Assembly: GCA_017461445.1 (NCBI GenBank)
Contig: JAFTXW010000022.1
Coordinates: 3,890-67,889 of the forward strand
Origin: Oscillospiraceae bacterium
GTDB taxonomy: Bacteria > Bacillota > Clostridia > Oscillospirales > Oscillospiraceae
Direction: 5' to 3'
DNA length: 64,000 nucleotides
Part shown: positions 28,661 to 37,844 of the stretch, piece after piece
Layout: every line of letters begins with the position of its first letter
How positions within the stretch are numbered: position 1 is the stretch's first letter
Position numbers and translations under genes: made by a program
Notes under the pieces: model-generated
Database searches by the model: none
What the model was told of the DNA's origin: nothing
What the model saw: only the letters and a program-made list of their open reading frames with translations

Positions 28661-29164
28661 TTGGATGCTACGGAAAACGACATTTTGGAGCAGCTGTACA
28701 GGCGATATTACGGCTCCGCGGTGCTGTACACCCTCTCCCTCTGTGGCAGCCAGCACCTGGCGGAGGATATCGTTTCGGAGGCTTTCGTGAAGGCCTACCT
28801 GAGCCTCCCGAGCGAGATTCCCTCCTTCCAGTTCTGGCTGTACCGGGTGTGCAAAAATCTTTGGCTGGATCATCTGCGGCGGCAGAAATTCCAGGCAGGC
28901 GAGGACGCCCTCTGGAACCTGGCCGATCAGGATACTCCCGAAAGCCGCTACTTACGCTCGGAGCAGAACAGGGCCCTGTGGCACGCCATCGCTTCCCTGC
29001 CCCCGCTGGACCGGGAGCTGGTGACCCTGCACTATTTCTCGGGCCTGCCCTTAAATGAGATTGCCCCGTTGCTGGGAAAATCCCACGCCGCCGTCCGCCA
29101 GCGGCTGACCCGGCTGCGGCACACCTTAAAACAACGAATGGAGGAACAAGGATATGGACTTTAA
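28661..29164 (+). CDS. ECF-type sigma-70 family RNA polymerase sigma factor
   Basis: Region 2 'FQFWLYRVCKNLWLDHLRR' and region 4 'REL VTLHYFSGLPLNEIA'. It has an apparent TTG start. Confidence 0.8.
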   Translation: MDATENDILEQLYRRYYGSAVLYTLSLCGSQHLAEDIVSEAFVKAYLSLPSEIPSFQFWLYRVCKNLWLDHLRRQKFQAGEDALWNLADQDTPESRYLRSEQNRALWHAIASLPPLDRELVTLHYFSGLPLNEIAPLLGKSHAAVRQRLTRLRHTLKQRMEEQGYGL

Positions 29165-30266
29165 GACCGCCATGGAGCATTACCGGGCTGGCACCGCCTC
29201 TGATACGGAACGCCGCCTGGTGGAAGAAGAATTGGAAAAATCCCGGCTGATCGCCGAATACCTGGATTCCCAGTGGGAAGCCGCCCCAATCGAAGAAGCC
29301 CCCCAAGTGGAGATGAAAAAGGTTCGCCGCAGCCTGTGGAAACGCAACGCCCTGATCGTCCTGACCAGCCTGGTGCTGGCGGCGGCACTGCTGTTCGGCA
29401 TGGTGCAGTACGCCATCCCTGCCGCCGAAGCCAAATACTGGGATCCCACCGCGAAATCGTACCCCGGCTATACCAACGATCTGACCCTGATTATGAACGC
29501 CTACTCCGAGCTATTCGCCCCGGAGCAGAATATTTACAGCGTCAACGCCACCCGCACCGGCTTTGCCAGCTATTCCCTGTCCGTGGCCCAGTGGCATACC
29601 CGGGATCACGGCGACATCAGCTACCTGACCGCCTCCCTGAACAAGAGCGAGCTGAGCTTCCCCAACGGCTTCTGGGAGTTCTGCTCCGCCAACATCTTCG
29701 AGCGGGCCACCTATCCCTTCTACTTTCAGGATGAAGAATTTGTCCAAAACACCCGGGAAAGCCTGGGGCAGCTGCCGGACTATGTGCAGATCCGTGCCGC
29801 CATCTCCTTTCCGGAGGATCTGAGCATGGAGGAGTTGATCGCCTTTCACAACTCTCTGGAGAAAGGCTATGTGGAATGGGTCGGCATCCGCAACAGCGAG
29901 CTTGACCAGCAGCGGTATCCCCTGTGCGGCATGAAGCCCTTTGAGGGCGGCGTGTATTATGAACACATCAACGAGGATTATCCTTATTTCGACATCAAAG
30001 ATAGAGAGAAGACCGCCGAAAATCTGGAAACCCACTTCAAATCCCTGCTCCAATACTCCCAGGATCAGTTTGCCGCAGGCACGGGCATCAAGGCCGGCAG
30101 CTACGCCACCGATTCCTACTACCAGCTGTCCCTGGACTACATTGAGGAACACGGCGTTTACACCTACGGCTGCTTCGTAAGCGGCCCCGCCCAGCTGTTC
30201 CTGGACCTGCTGGACAGCGGCGCCGCCTCCCAGGTCTGGATCCAGGATGCCTGGATCAACGCATAA
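29154..30266 (+). CDS. Putative anti-sigma factor (N-terminal cytoplasmic helix, one TM, large extracytoplasmic domain)
   Basis: Overlaps the sigma gene by 11 nt. TM helix 'ALIVLTSLVLAAALLFGMV'. The extracytoplasmic domain is not recognised. Confidence 0.55.
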   Translation: MDFKTAMEHYRAGTASDTERRLVEEELEKSRLIAEYLDSQWEAAPIEEAPQVEMKKVRRSLWKRNALIVLTSLVLAAALLFGMVQYAIPAAEAKYWDPTAKSYPGYTNDLTLIMNAYSELFAPEQNIYSVNATRTGFASYSLSVAQWHTRDHGDISYLTASLNKSELSFPNGFWEFCSANIFERATYPFYFQDEEFVQNTRESLGQLPDYVQIRAAISFPEDLSMEELIAFHNSLEKGYVEWVGIRNSELDQQRYPLCGMKPFEGGVYYEHINEDYPYFDIKDREKTAENLETHFKSLLQYSQDQFAAGTGIKAGSYATDSYYQLSLDYIEEHGVYTYGCFVSGPAQLFLDLLDSGAASQVWIQDAWINA

Positions 30267-30270
30267 ATCA

Positions 30271-30305
30271 AGGGCACCCGCAAGGGTGCCCTTTGTTGTT
30301 GTTTC
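30271..30305 (+). terminator. Rho-independent terminator
   Basis: agggcaccc-gcaa-gggtgccct followed by ttgttgttgttt. Confidence 0.8.
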
Positions 30306-30316
30306 GCTGTAAATCA

Positions 30317-30335
30317 GTGTAGGGCGGGGTCATGA
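30317..30335. repeat. REP subtype A, left half only
   Basis: gtgtagggcggggtcatga with no matching right arm. Confidence 0.6.
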
Positions 30336-30429
30336 TCTGGGTCTGGTGCCCGGTGAGCATTCCAGCGGAGATAAGCAGTGCCGTACAGGGATTGACAAAA
30401 GTCATTTCATAACAGTATTAGCAATATGA

Positions 30430-30463
30430 AAACTGCCTGCCGGTTTCGTTCGGCAGGCAGTTT
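30430..30463. terminator. Terminator after argS (bidirectional form)
   Basis: aaactgcctgccg-gtttcgtt-cggcaggcagttt. Confidence 0.8.
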
Positions 30464-30465
30464 GT

Positions 30466-32214
30466 TTACATTTTCTCAGGCGCGGAGAAGCCCAGCAGGT
30501 CGATGCAGGTTTCCAGCACGTTCTTGGCAAGGCCGATCAGGGCGATGTGTCCCGCCTTGACCTCCTCGTTCTCCTCCTTGAGGATGGGGGTCTCGTGGTA
30601 GAACTTGTTGACGCAGCCGGCCAGCTCGTAGATGTAGGCGCAGACCAGGTTGGGGGCGGAGGACTTCAGCGCAGTTTCCAGCGTGGGGCCCAGCTTGGTG
30701 ATGGCCAGCATCAGATCCTTGGCATAGGCGTTCGCGGGAGCCTGGATGGGCAGGTTCTCCCAGTCGCCGTACTTCGCCAGAATGGACTTGACACGGACAA
30801 TGGTGTAGAGGATATAGGGGCCGGTGTTGCCCTCGAAGGCGGCGAACCGCTCCAAATCAAAGTTGTAGTCCTTGGTGGGCTGGTTGCTCAGGTCGCCGTA
30901 TTTCAGGGCGGCCAGGGCAATCTTGGCAGTGGTGGCCTCCACTTCGGATTCCTCCACGATCTTGTTCTCTACGACCTTAGAGCGGACGAAGTCGGTCATG
31001 TCGGACACCAGCTGCTCTAAGCGCAGAACGCCGCCGTCCCGGGTCTTGAAGGGCTTGCCGTCCTTGCCGTTCATGGTGCCGTGGCCTACGTGCTCCAGCT
31101 CGGTGGTCTCGCTGACGATGCCCGCCTTCCGGGCAGCCCGGAACACCTGCTCAAAGTGCAGGTTCTGCCGCTTGTCGGTGACGTAGAGCATCTTATCGGG
31201 GTTCCAGTCCTGCATACGCTGGACCATGGTTGCTAGGTCGGTGGTAGCGTAGATGGCGGAGCCGTCGGACTTCACAAGGATCATGGGAGGAACTTCCTTC
31301 TTGTCGCTTTCCTCGGCAACGGGAACCACCCAGGCACCCTCGGACTGCACAGCCAGCCCCCGTGCCTTCAAATCCTCGACCATGGCGGGGATGTAGGGGT
31401 CTGCGTCGCTTTCGCCCAGCCACTTTTCAAAGTGGACATCCAGCACACCATAGATGCGCCGCAGGTCGGGCAGGGATACGCCCATGATGTGGTCCCAGAT
31501 GGCCCGGTAGCCCCGGCGGCCCTGCTGCAGCTCGTAGGTGGCGGTGTGGGCCTTCTCGGCAAAGGCGGGATCCTTCTTCTTGGCAGAGGCGGTGGGGTAG
31601 ATCTCTTCCAGCTCGGAGAGGGTAAAGGGGGATTCGGCGGGATAGTCCCCGGTGAAATCGGGATCGAAGTAGGGTAGGTCAGGCTGCCGCTCCTGCAGCT
31701 CCGCGATGATCAGGCCCATCTGCAGGCCCCAGTCGCCCAGGTGCACGTCGCCGATGGTGTTGTAGCCCATAAATTTGTGGAGCCGTTTCAGGCTCTCGCC
31801 GATGATGGCGGGACGCAGGTGGCCGATGTGCAGGGGCTTGGCAACGTTTGCGCCGCCGTAGTCCACCACGATGGTCTTACCTGCGCCGATCTTGGTAACG
31901 CCGAAGTCGGGGGCGGTGCGCATTTCTTCCAGATAGTTCTTGAGGAAGGCGTCGCTGAGCTTCAGGTTGATGAAGCCGGGCATGACGGCATCGATCATGG
32001 AGAAGTCACTTGCGTCCAGCTTTTCCGCGACGTTCTTCGCGATTTGGATGGGGGCGCACTTGTAGGTCTTGGCAGCGGCCAGCGCGCCGTTGCACTGATA
32101 TTCGCACAGGTCAGGCCGGTTGGAGACCGTCACCCGGCCAAAGGATGCGTCATAGCCCGCGTCCGCAAAGGCCTGCTGCATTTTGGCGGTGATAATGTCG
32201 AGAATTTTTTCCAT
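30466..32214 (-). CDS. argS: Arginine--tRNA ligase
   Basis: 'ANVAKPLHIGHLR' HIGH motif, Arg-tRNA synthetase N-terminal domain, and a DALR-type anticodon domain; 582 aa. Confidence 0.9.
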   Translation of the reverse strand: MEKILDIITAKMQQAFADAGYDASFGRVTVSNRPDLCEYQCNGALAAAKTYKCAPIQIAKNVAEKLDASDFSMIDAVMPGFINLKLSDAFLKNYLEEMRTAPDFGVTKIGAGKTIVVDYGGANVAKPLHIGHLRPAIIGESLKRLHKFMGYNTIGDVHLGDWGLQMGLIIAELQERQPDLPYFDPDFTGDYPAESPFTLSELEEIYPTASAKKKDPAFAEKAHTATYELQQGRRGYRAIWDHIMGVSLPDLRRIYGVLDVHFEKWLGESDADPYIPAMVEDLKARGLAVQSEGAWVVPVAEESDKKEVPPMILVKSDGSAIYATTDLATMVQRMQDWNPDKMLYVTDKRQNLHFEQVFRAARKAGIVSETTELEHVGHGTMNGKDGKPFKTRDGGVLRLEQLVSDMTDFVRSKVVENKIVEESEVEATTAKIALAALKYGDLSNQPTKDYNFDLERFAAFEGNTGPYILYTIVRVKSILAKYGDWENLPIQAPANAYAKDLMLAITKLGPTLETALKSSAPNLVCAYIYELAGCVNKFYHETPILKEENEEVKAGHIALIGLAKNVLETCIDLLGFSAPEKM

Positions 32215-32233
32215 AAAGTTTATTTACTCCTTT

Positions 32234-32430
32234 GTAGGGGAGGGTCTTGACCCTCCCATCCATTTTGGAACAAAATGGAAATGCCGGTAGGTAATCATTA
32301 TTTTCCTGCGGGAAATCCAAAAATCCTGACGAATTTTTGGCGGGAGGGCGGTGCGTCGCGCAGCGAATCAAAATATTGATGATTGCCGGTGGCAATCATA
32401 CAATAATTCAATATGACCCTCCCCTACAGG
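32234..32430. repeat. Composite ~195-bp MITE-like element bounded by subtype-B arms
   Basis: Starts gtaggggagggtc and ends gaccctcccctacagg. Internal hairpins are ccattttgg/ccaaaatgg and tgattgcc/ggcaatca. Confidence 0.6.
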
Positions 32431-32437
32431 AACTTCC

Positions 32438-34042
32438 TTACTGCTTCTTATTTTCCGCCATCCAGGCAAGGTAATCGTCGTAGGTGCCGTACTTGTCGAT
32501 GATGGTGCCGTCGGGCTGGAAGGCGATGACGCGGTTACAGGTGGAGGTCAGCATTTCGTGGTCGTGGGAGGCCAGCAGCACAACGCCCTGGAAGGCCTCC
32601 AGACCCTTGTTGACCGCCTGGATGGATTCCATGTCCAGGTGGTTGGTGGGCTGGTCCAGCAGCACCACGTTGGCACCGGAGAGCATCATCTTGGAGAGCA
32701 TACAGCGGACCTTCTCACCGCCGGAGAGGACGTTAACGGGCTTGAACACGTCCTCATTGCTGAACAGCATACGGCCCAGGAAGCCGCGCAGGTATACATC
32801 GTCCTTCTTGGCGGAATACTGACGCAGCCAGTCCACCAGCTCCATCTTGTTGCCCTCGAAATACTCGGTGTTGTCCTTAGGCAGGTAGCTGCGGACGGTG
32901 GAGATGCCCCACTTGATGGAGCCTTCATCCGGCTCCAGCTCGCCCATCAGCACCTTGAACAGGGCGGTCTGGGCCAGCTCGTTCTCACCCACAAAGGCGA
33001 TCTTGTCGGTGCGGTTCACGGAGAAGTAGACCTTGTCCAGCAGCTTCACGCCGTCCACGGTGACGGACACGTCCTTGACGGTCAACACGTCCTTACCCAG
33101 CTCCCGCTCCTGCTGGAAGCCCACGAAGGGGTAGCGGCGGGTGGAGCAGGGCATTTCCTCAACGGTCAGCTTGTCCAGCAGCTTCCGGCGGGCGGTAGCC
33201 TGCTTGGCCTTGGACTTGTTGGCGGAGAAACGCTGGATGAACAGCTGCAGCTCTTCAATCTTTTCCTGGTTCTTCTTGTTCTTGTTGCGGATCATGGCCT
33301 GAACCATCTGGGAGGACTCGTACCAGAAGTCGTAGTTGCCCACGTACATCTTGATCTTGCCGTAGTCGATGTCCACGGTGTGGGTGCAGACGGTGTTCAG
33401 GAAGTGGCGGTCATGGGAAACGGCGATGACCATGCCGGGGAAGTCCAGCAGGAAATCCTCCAGCCAGTTGATGGCTTCAATGTCCAGGTTGTTGGTGGGC
33501 TCGTCCAGCATGACGATGTCGGGGTTGCCGAACAGCGCCTGGGCCAGCAGCACCTTCACCTTCAGACGGGGGTCGGTGGAGCCCATCAGGTCATAGTGGA
33601 GGTCGGTGCCGATGCCGAGGCCCTGCAGCAGGCGGGAGGCGTCGGATTCCGCTTCCCAGCCGCCCAGCTCGGCGAACTCCGCTTCCAGATCGGCGGCCCG
33701 GAGGCCGTCCTCGTCGGAGAAGTCCTCCTTTTCGTAGATGGCATCCTTTTCCTTCATCACGTCATACAGGTGCTGATTGCCCATGATGACGGTGTCCAGA
33801 ACAGTGTATTCGTCGTAGGCGTTCTGATTCTGCTTCAGAACGGACACCCGCTTGTCGGGGTCGATGTTGATGCTGCCGGTGGTGGATTCCAACTCACCGG
33901 TGAGGATGCGCAGGAAGGTGGACTTGCCCGCGCCGTTGGCACCGATGATACCGTAGCAGTTGCCGGGCAGGAACTGCAGGTCAACATGCTGGAACAGCCA
34001 CTGGCCGCCGAATTGCATTCCTAAATTACTGACTGTGATCAT
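32438..34042 (-). CDS. ABC-F family ATPase (two NBDs, no TM domain)
   Basis: Two Walker A motifs ('GANGAGKST', 'GENELAQT..' degenerate), two 'LSGGE' signatures, and a charged linker 'KNKKNQEKIEELQ'. Confidence 0.85.
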   Translation of the reverse strand: MITVSNLGMQFGGQWLFQHVDLQFLPGNCYGIIGANGAGKSTFLRILTGELESTTGSINIDPDKRVSVLKQNQNAYDEYTVLDTVIMGNQHLYDVMKEKDAIYEKEDFSDEDGLRAADLEAEFAELGGWEAESDASRLLQGLGIGTDLHYDLMGSTDPRLKVKVLLAQALFGNPDIVMLDEPTNNLDIEAINWLEDFLLDFPGMVIAVSHDRHFLNTVCTHTVDIDYGKIKMYVGNYDFWYESSQMVQAMIRNKNKKNQEKIEELQLFIQRFSANKSKAKQATARRKLLDKLTVEEMPCSTRRYPFVGFQQERELGKDVLTVKDVSVTVDGVKLLDKVYFSVNRTDKIAFVGENELAQTALFKVLMGELEPDEGSIKWGISTVRSYLPKDNTEYFEGNKMELVDWLRQYSAKKDDVYLRGFLGRMLFSNEDVFKPVNVLSGGEKVRCMLSKMMLSGANVVLLDQPTNHLDMESIQAVNKGLEAFQGVVLLASHDHEMLTSTCNRVIAFQPDGTIIDKYGTYDDYLAWMAENKKQ

Positions 34043-34089
34043 TTCATACTCCTTATATTTTCATTATTTTTATTCTTAACACTGTGTAT

Positions 34090-34119
34090 CGCGTAGGGGC
34101 GACCCTTGCGGTCGCCCGG
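34090..34119. repeat. REP subtype C, left copy (cgcgtaggggcgacccttgcggtcgcccgg)
   Basis: Exact reverse complement of 35058-35087. Confidence 0.9.
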
Positions 34120-34181
34120 TGATTTTGCAAAGCAAAATCACACCGCCGCAGTCTATGGTTTGCAGAGGATATTTTTTGTAA

Positions 34182-34859
34182 TTACCCGTTAAGACGCCTT
34201 TCCATTTCCTCAATATCATATTCGAGAAAATATGGCTGCAATTTGTGGTAGAATTCTTTCAGCTTGTCATGTGTCATAAATACCACATCGCATCCACGAT
34301 CGTCATAAATTGAGAAAATGCATTCATGTTCAAAGGAAACAAAACTTACTTCGTGTGCGTTGACCCCTTCGAGTTCCTGCTCAATGAGATGCCGATAATC
34401 AAATTCAGCACCATCTGAGAAACAAATAACGCGATTTCTCTGTTGCCTGCCATAGTCAATATCATTCGGGTCATCATATGTTTCCAGGTTTCTAGCAGTA
34501 AAATGTCGGTAATTGAGTTGATAGTACGACAAGAACTTTAATTTTTCTCTCTCATACTCAAGTCTATTCTCGATTACACCTTCAAGGTCGAAATCCGAAT
34601 CGTAGACGTGTTTTTCTGCATTACCACTATCACAATAATCGTACAACCAATGGTTAAAGAATATTGCATCAGCTCCATTATGAAATAGAATGTGATAAAT
34701 CTCCAATGCACGTCTTTTGGCGTTCTCCATGTATTCTTCGGTTGCGTCCCCAATTCCCAGTTCACAACGAAGAGCATACGGATTGTTGTAGAAGTACGGA
34801 TGTAGATATTGGAAATCGTTGCTGCAAAGTTTCTTTTCAACTATGCTATTGCCTAACAC
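34182..34859 (-). CDS. DUF3885-like hypothetical protein (225 aa), foreign base composition
   Basis: GTG start with AGGAGG upstream. 'ALRCELGIG' and 'SIYDDRGCDVVF' match my recollection of DUF3885. Codon usage is A/T-ending, unlike the neighbours. Confidence 0.55.
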   Translation of the reverse strand: MLGNSIVEKKLCSNDFQYLHPYFYNNPYALRCELGIGDATEEYMENAKRRALEIYHILFHNGADAIFFNHWLYDYCDSGNAEKHVYDSDFDLEGVIENRLEYEREKLKFLSYYQLNYRHFTARNLETYDDPNDIDYGRQQRNRVICFSDGAEFDYRHLIEQELEGVNAHEVSFVSFEHECIFSIYDDRGCDVVFMTHDKLKEFYHKLQPYFLEYDIEEMERRLNG

Positions 34860-35057
34860 GACAATTCCTCCTACAGTATGGTTTTAGATAAAATAACATG
34901 AACACTTTTTTCTGTCCAGCATATATCTAAGAGCGCACTTACTCACCACCGGCTTTGTTGGTGGTGTCGTGCTTTTGGGAAAAACATCCTTGACAAATAC
35001 CATACCATGCGGCACAATTTTTGATTGCCCTGTCGGGCAATGGCACCCGAGGGGTGC

Positions 35058-35087
35058 CCGGGCGACCGCAAGGGTCGCCCCTACGCG
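35058..35087. repeat. REP subtype C, right copy
   Basis: ccgggcgaccgcaagggtcgcccctacgcg. Confidence 0.9.
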
Positions 35088-35172
35088 TACCGCCCACATC
35101 TTTTGTGCATACTCATACACCATAATGATACCACATAATTGTAAATAAAGAAAGAACTTTTTTCCAAAGGGC

Positions 35173-35200
35173 TTGCAATTTTCTGCGGGGGCGTTATAAT
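35173..35200 (+). promoter_or_regulatory. htpG promoter
   Basis: TTGCAA (35173-78), 16-nt spacer, TATAAT (35195-200). Confidence 0.65.
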
Positions 35201-35201
35201 A

Positions 35202-35228
35202 TTAGCACTCGAACACCTAGAGTGCTAA
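35202..35228 (+). promoter_or_regulatory. CIRCE operator (HrcA binding site)
   Basis: TTAGCACTC-gaacaccta-GAGTGCTAA, a perfect consensus beginning 2 nt after the -10. Confidence 0.9.
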
Positions 35229-35253
35229 ATTAATAAGGACGTGAAGTACAATT

Positions 35254-37143
35254 ATGGAAAAAATGCAGTTTAAGGCAGAATCTCAGCGTCTTCTGGACCT
35301 GATGATCAACTCCATCTACACCCACCGGGAGATCTTCCTGCGAGAGATCATCTCTAACGCAAGCGATGCCATCGACAAGCTGGCCTACACCGCCCTGACC
35401 GATGACAAGGTGGGCATCTCCCGGGACCAGTTCGCCATCACCATCACCCGGGACGAGGAAAACCGCACCCTGACTGTTTCCGATAACGGCATCGGTATGT
35501 CCAAGGAGGACATGGAGGAGAACCTGGGTACCATCGCCAAGTCCGGCTCTCTGGGCTTTAAGCAGGCTATGGAAAAGCAGGAGGACATCGACATCATCGG
35601 CCAGTTCGGCGTGGGCTTCTACTCCGCCTTTATGGTGGCTTCCTCCATCACCGTCATCTCCAGGAAGTACGGCGAGGACAAGGCCTGGAAGTGGGTCTCC
35701 GACGGCGCAGACGGCTACACCATCGAGGAGACCGAGAAGGACGCTCCCGGCACCGACATCATTATGACACTGAAAGCCGACACCGAGGAGGACAAGTATT
35801 CCGAATTCCTGGAGGAGTATGAGATCCGCTCTCTGATCCGCAAGTATTCCGACTATATCCGCTACCCCATCCGCATGGAGGTCAGCAAGTCCCGCAAGAA
35901 GGAGGATTCTCCCGAAGACAAGCCCGAGTACGAATCCTACCTGGAAATGGAGACCCTCAACTCCATGGTGCCCATCTGGCAGCGGGCCAAGAAGGACGTT
36001 TCCGATGAGGAATACGAATCCTTCTACCGGGAAAAGTTCTTCGACTACAACAAGCCCCTGCGGGTGATTCATTCCAGTGCCGAAGGAAGTGTCAGCTTCA
36101 AGGCTCTGCTGTATATCCCCGGCAAGGCACCCTACGATTTCTACACCAAGGACTTCAAGCGGGGCCTGCAGCTGTATTCCAGCGGCGTGATGATCATGGA
36201 AAACTGCGAAGACCTTCTGCCCGAGCACTTCCGCTTCGTCCGGGGCATCGTGGACAGCCAGGATCTTTCCCTGAACATCAGCCGTGAGATGCTGCAGCAC
36301 AACCGCCAGCTGACCATCATCGCCCGGAACATCGAGAAGAAGATCAAGTCCGAGCTGAAAAACATGCTGGAAAACGACCGGGAGAAGTACGAGGAATTCT
36401 ACGCCGCCTTCGGCCGTCAGCTGAAGTACGGCACTGTCTCCGACTATGGTGCCCACAAGGATGCCTGCCAGGATTTGCTGCTGTTCTACAGCCACAAGGA
36501 AAGCAAGCTGGTCAGCCTGAAAGAGTACGTGGAGGCCATGCCCGAGGGACAGGAGAAGATCTATTTCGCTCCCGGTGAGAATAAGGACCGTCTGGCAAAG
36601 CTGCCCCAGGTTCAGACCCTGGAGAAGAAGGGCTACGATGTGCTGCTCTTCACCGAGGATGTGGACGAGTTCATCCCCCAGACCCTGATGACCTACATGG
36701 AGAAGCAGTTCTGCAACATCTCCACTGAGGATTTGGGCCTGCAGACCGAGGAGGAGAAGAAGGAGGCTGAGGAGAAGGCCGAGGAGCTGAAGGGCTTCCT
36801 GACCTTCGTGAAGGAATCCCTGGGCGAGCAGGTGAAGGAAGTGAAGCTGTCCCAGAACCTGGGCAATCAGCCCGTCTGCATGACCCCTGATGCTGGCATG
36901 AGCTTCGAGATGGAGAAGTATATGAAGCGGATGAACCCGGAGTTCGCCTACCCCGTGGGCCGCATTCTGGAGCTGAACGCCGACCATGAGGCCGTCCAGG
37001 CCATGCAGAAGGCCATGACCGAGGATCCCCTCAAGGCCAAGGATTACGCCCAGCTGCTGTGCTACCAGGCCCAGCTGATGGCGGAGCTTCCCCTGGAGGA
37101 TCCCTTCGCCTATACCGAGTTGGTCTGTAAGCTGATGAAGTAA
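35254..37143 (+). CDS. htpG: Molecular chaperone HtpG (Hsp90)
   Basis: 'FLRELISNASDA', 'IGQFGVGFYS' and 'LNISREMLQ' are Hsp90 signatures; 629 aa. Confidence 0.95.
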   Translation: MEKMQFKAESQRLLDLMINSIYTHREIFLREIISNASDAIDKLAYTALTDDKVGISRDQFAITITRDEENRTLTVSDNGIGMSKEDMEENLGTIAKSGSLGFKQAMEKQEDIDIIGQFGVGFYSAFMVASSITVISRKYGEDKAWKWVSDGADGYTIEETEKDAPGTDIIMTLKADTEEDKYSEFLEEYEIRSLIRKYSDYIRYPIRMEVSKSRKKEDSPEDKPEYESYLEMETLNSMVPIWQRAKKDVSDEEYESFYREKFFDYNKPLRVIHSSAEGSVSFKALLYIPGKAPYDFYTKDFKRGLQLYSSGVMIMENCEDLLPEHFRFVRGIVDSQDLSLNISREMLQHNRQLTIIARNIEKKIKSELKNMLENDREKYEEFYAAFGRQLKYGTVSDYGAHKDACQDLLLFYSHKESKLVSLKEYVEAMPEGQEKIYFAPGENKDRLAKLPQVQTLEKKGYDVLLFTEDVDEFIPQTLMTYMEKQFCNISTEDLGLQTEEEKKEAEEKAEELKGFLTFVKESLGEQVKEVKLSQNLGNQPVCMTPDAGMSFEMEKYMKRMNPEFAYPVGRILELNADHEAVQAMQKAMTEDPLKAKDYAQLLCYQAQLMAELPLEDPFAYTELVCKLMK

Positions 37144-37149
37144 GCGCAA

Positions 37150-37215
37150 GTTAGGAGTTAGGAATTAGGGGTGAGGAATTTTACCATTCCTGATTTCTAA
37201 TTCCTACTTTTTTCT
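37150..37215 (+). terminator. htpG terminator built from AT-rich word palindromes
   Basis: taggaattag...ctaattccta outer stem, gaggaat/attcct inner stem, then cttttttc. Confidence 0.65.
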
Positions 37216-37268
37216 TCCCAATGGTGTGCAAATGTGCTATACTATTCAAAAAATGTGGAGGGAATCCT

Positions 37269-37766
37269 ATGAGTAAGAAAAAGACACTCACCATTGGCCT
37301 GACGATCATTGCTGTCTGTCTGTTGATCTGCGTGGTCTACGGAGTGATGAACCGCAGTGAGAAGCGGGGGCCGACCCAGCAGGAAATGGAAGCCTATGCT
37401 CCCTATGCCATCAACTGGCAGGAAGCCACCGGACTGGAAGGCACCGAAAAGGAGATCATCCTGAGCCTTTGCACCTTTGTTGAGGAAAAGACCATCGGCC
37501 AAAACCTGTATCAGATCTATACCTCCGATACCCTGGGCGGATACCTGTACGGCTTCACGGAAATGAACCAGATCGCGGAGCTGGACGGCGCGGTGTATGT
37601 CCAGTATTATGCCCAGGATGGAGATATGGTCACCCTGAACTACTCCGATGCGGGACTGACGGAGTTGGGTGTTTATGATGCGGAAACGGATACCTTCTAC
37701 CATGACCTGAACGGTACCGTGGAAGTCTGGACCAATTTCCGCAGCGGTATCCAATGGGGCGCGTAA
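37269..37766 (+). CDS. Hypothetical N-terminally anchored protein (165 aa)
   Basis: I chose ATG 37269 as the start because GGAGGG lies upstream. It has a signal-anchor 'LTIGLTIIAVCLLICVV'. Confidence 0.6.
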   Translation: MSKKKTLTIGLTIIAVCLLICVVYGVMNRSEKRGPTQQEMEAYAPYAINWQEATGLEGTEKEIILSLCTFVEEKTIGQNLYQIYTSDTLGGYLYGFTEMNQIAELDGAVYVQYYAQDGDMVTLNYSDAGLTELGVYDAETDTFYHDLNGTVEVWTNFRSGIQWGA

Positions 37767-37844
37767 ATTCCATAGAAAATTCCTTGCGCTGAGAAGGAAT
37801 GTGTGGTAAACTGATCCCAAATAAACAGAAAGTGAGGAATCTCG

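Larger units (their letters stand above)
34090..35087. mobile_element. Candidate cargo-carrying inverted-repeat element (about 1 kb, low GC)
   Basis: A perfect 30-bp terminal inverted repeat brackets a visibly AT-rich segment carrying one ORF. The same ends bracket only about 85 bp at 44016-44157. Confidence 0.35.

Noticed and set aside
32215-32437. T-box riboswitch upstream of argS
   Set aside because: The minus-strand leader has no 'GGGUGGUACCGCG' T-box sequence or Stem-I features. The region is filled by REP/MITE-like hairpins instead.
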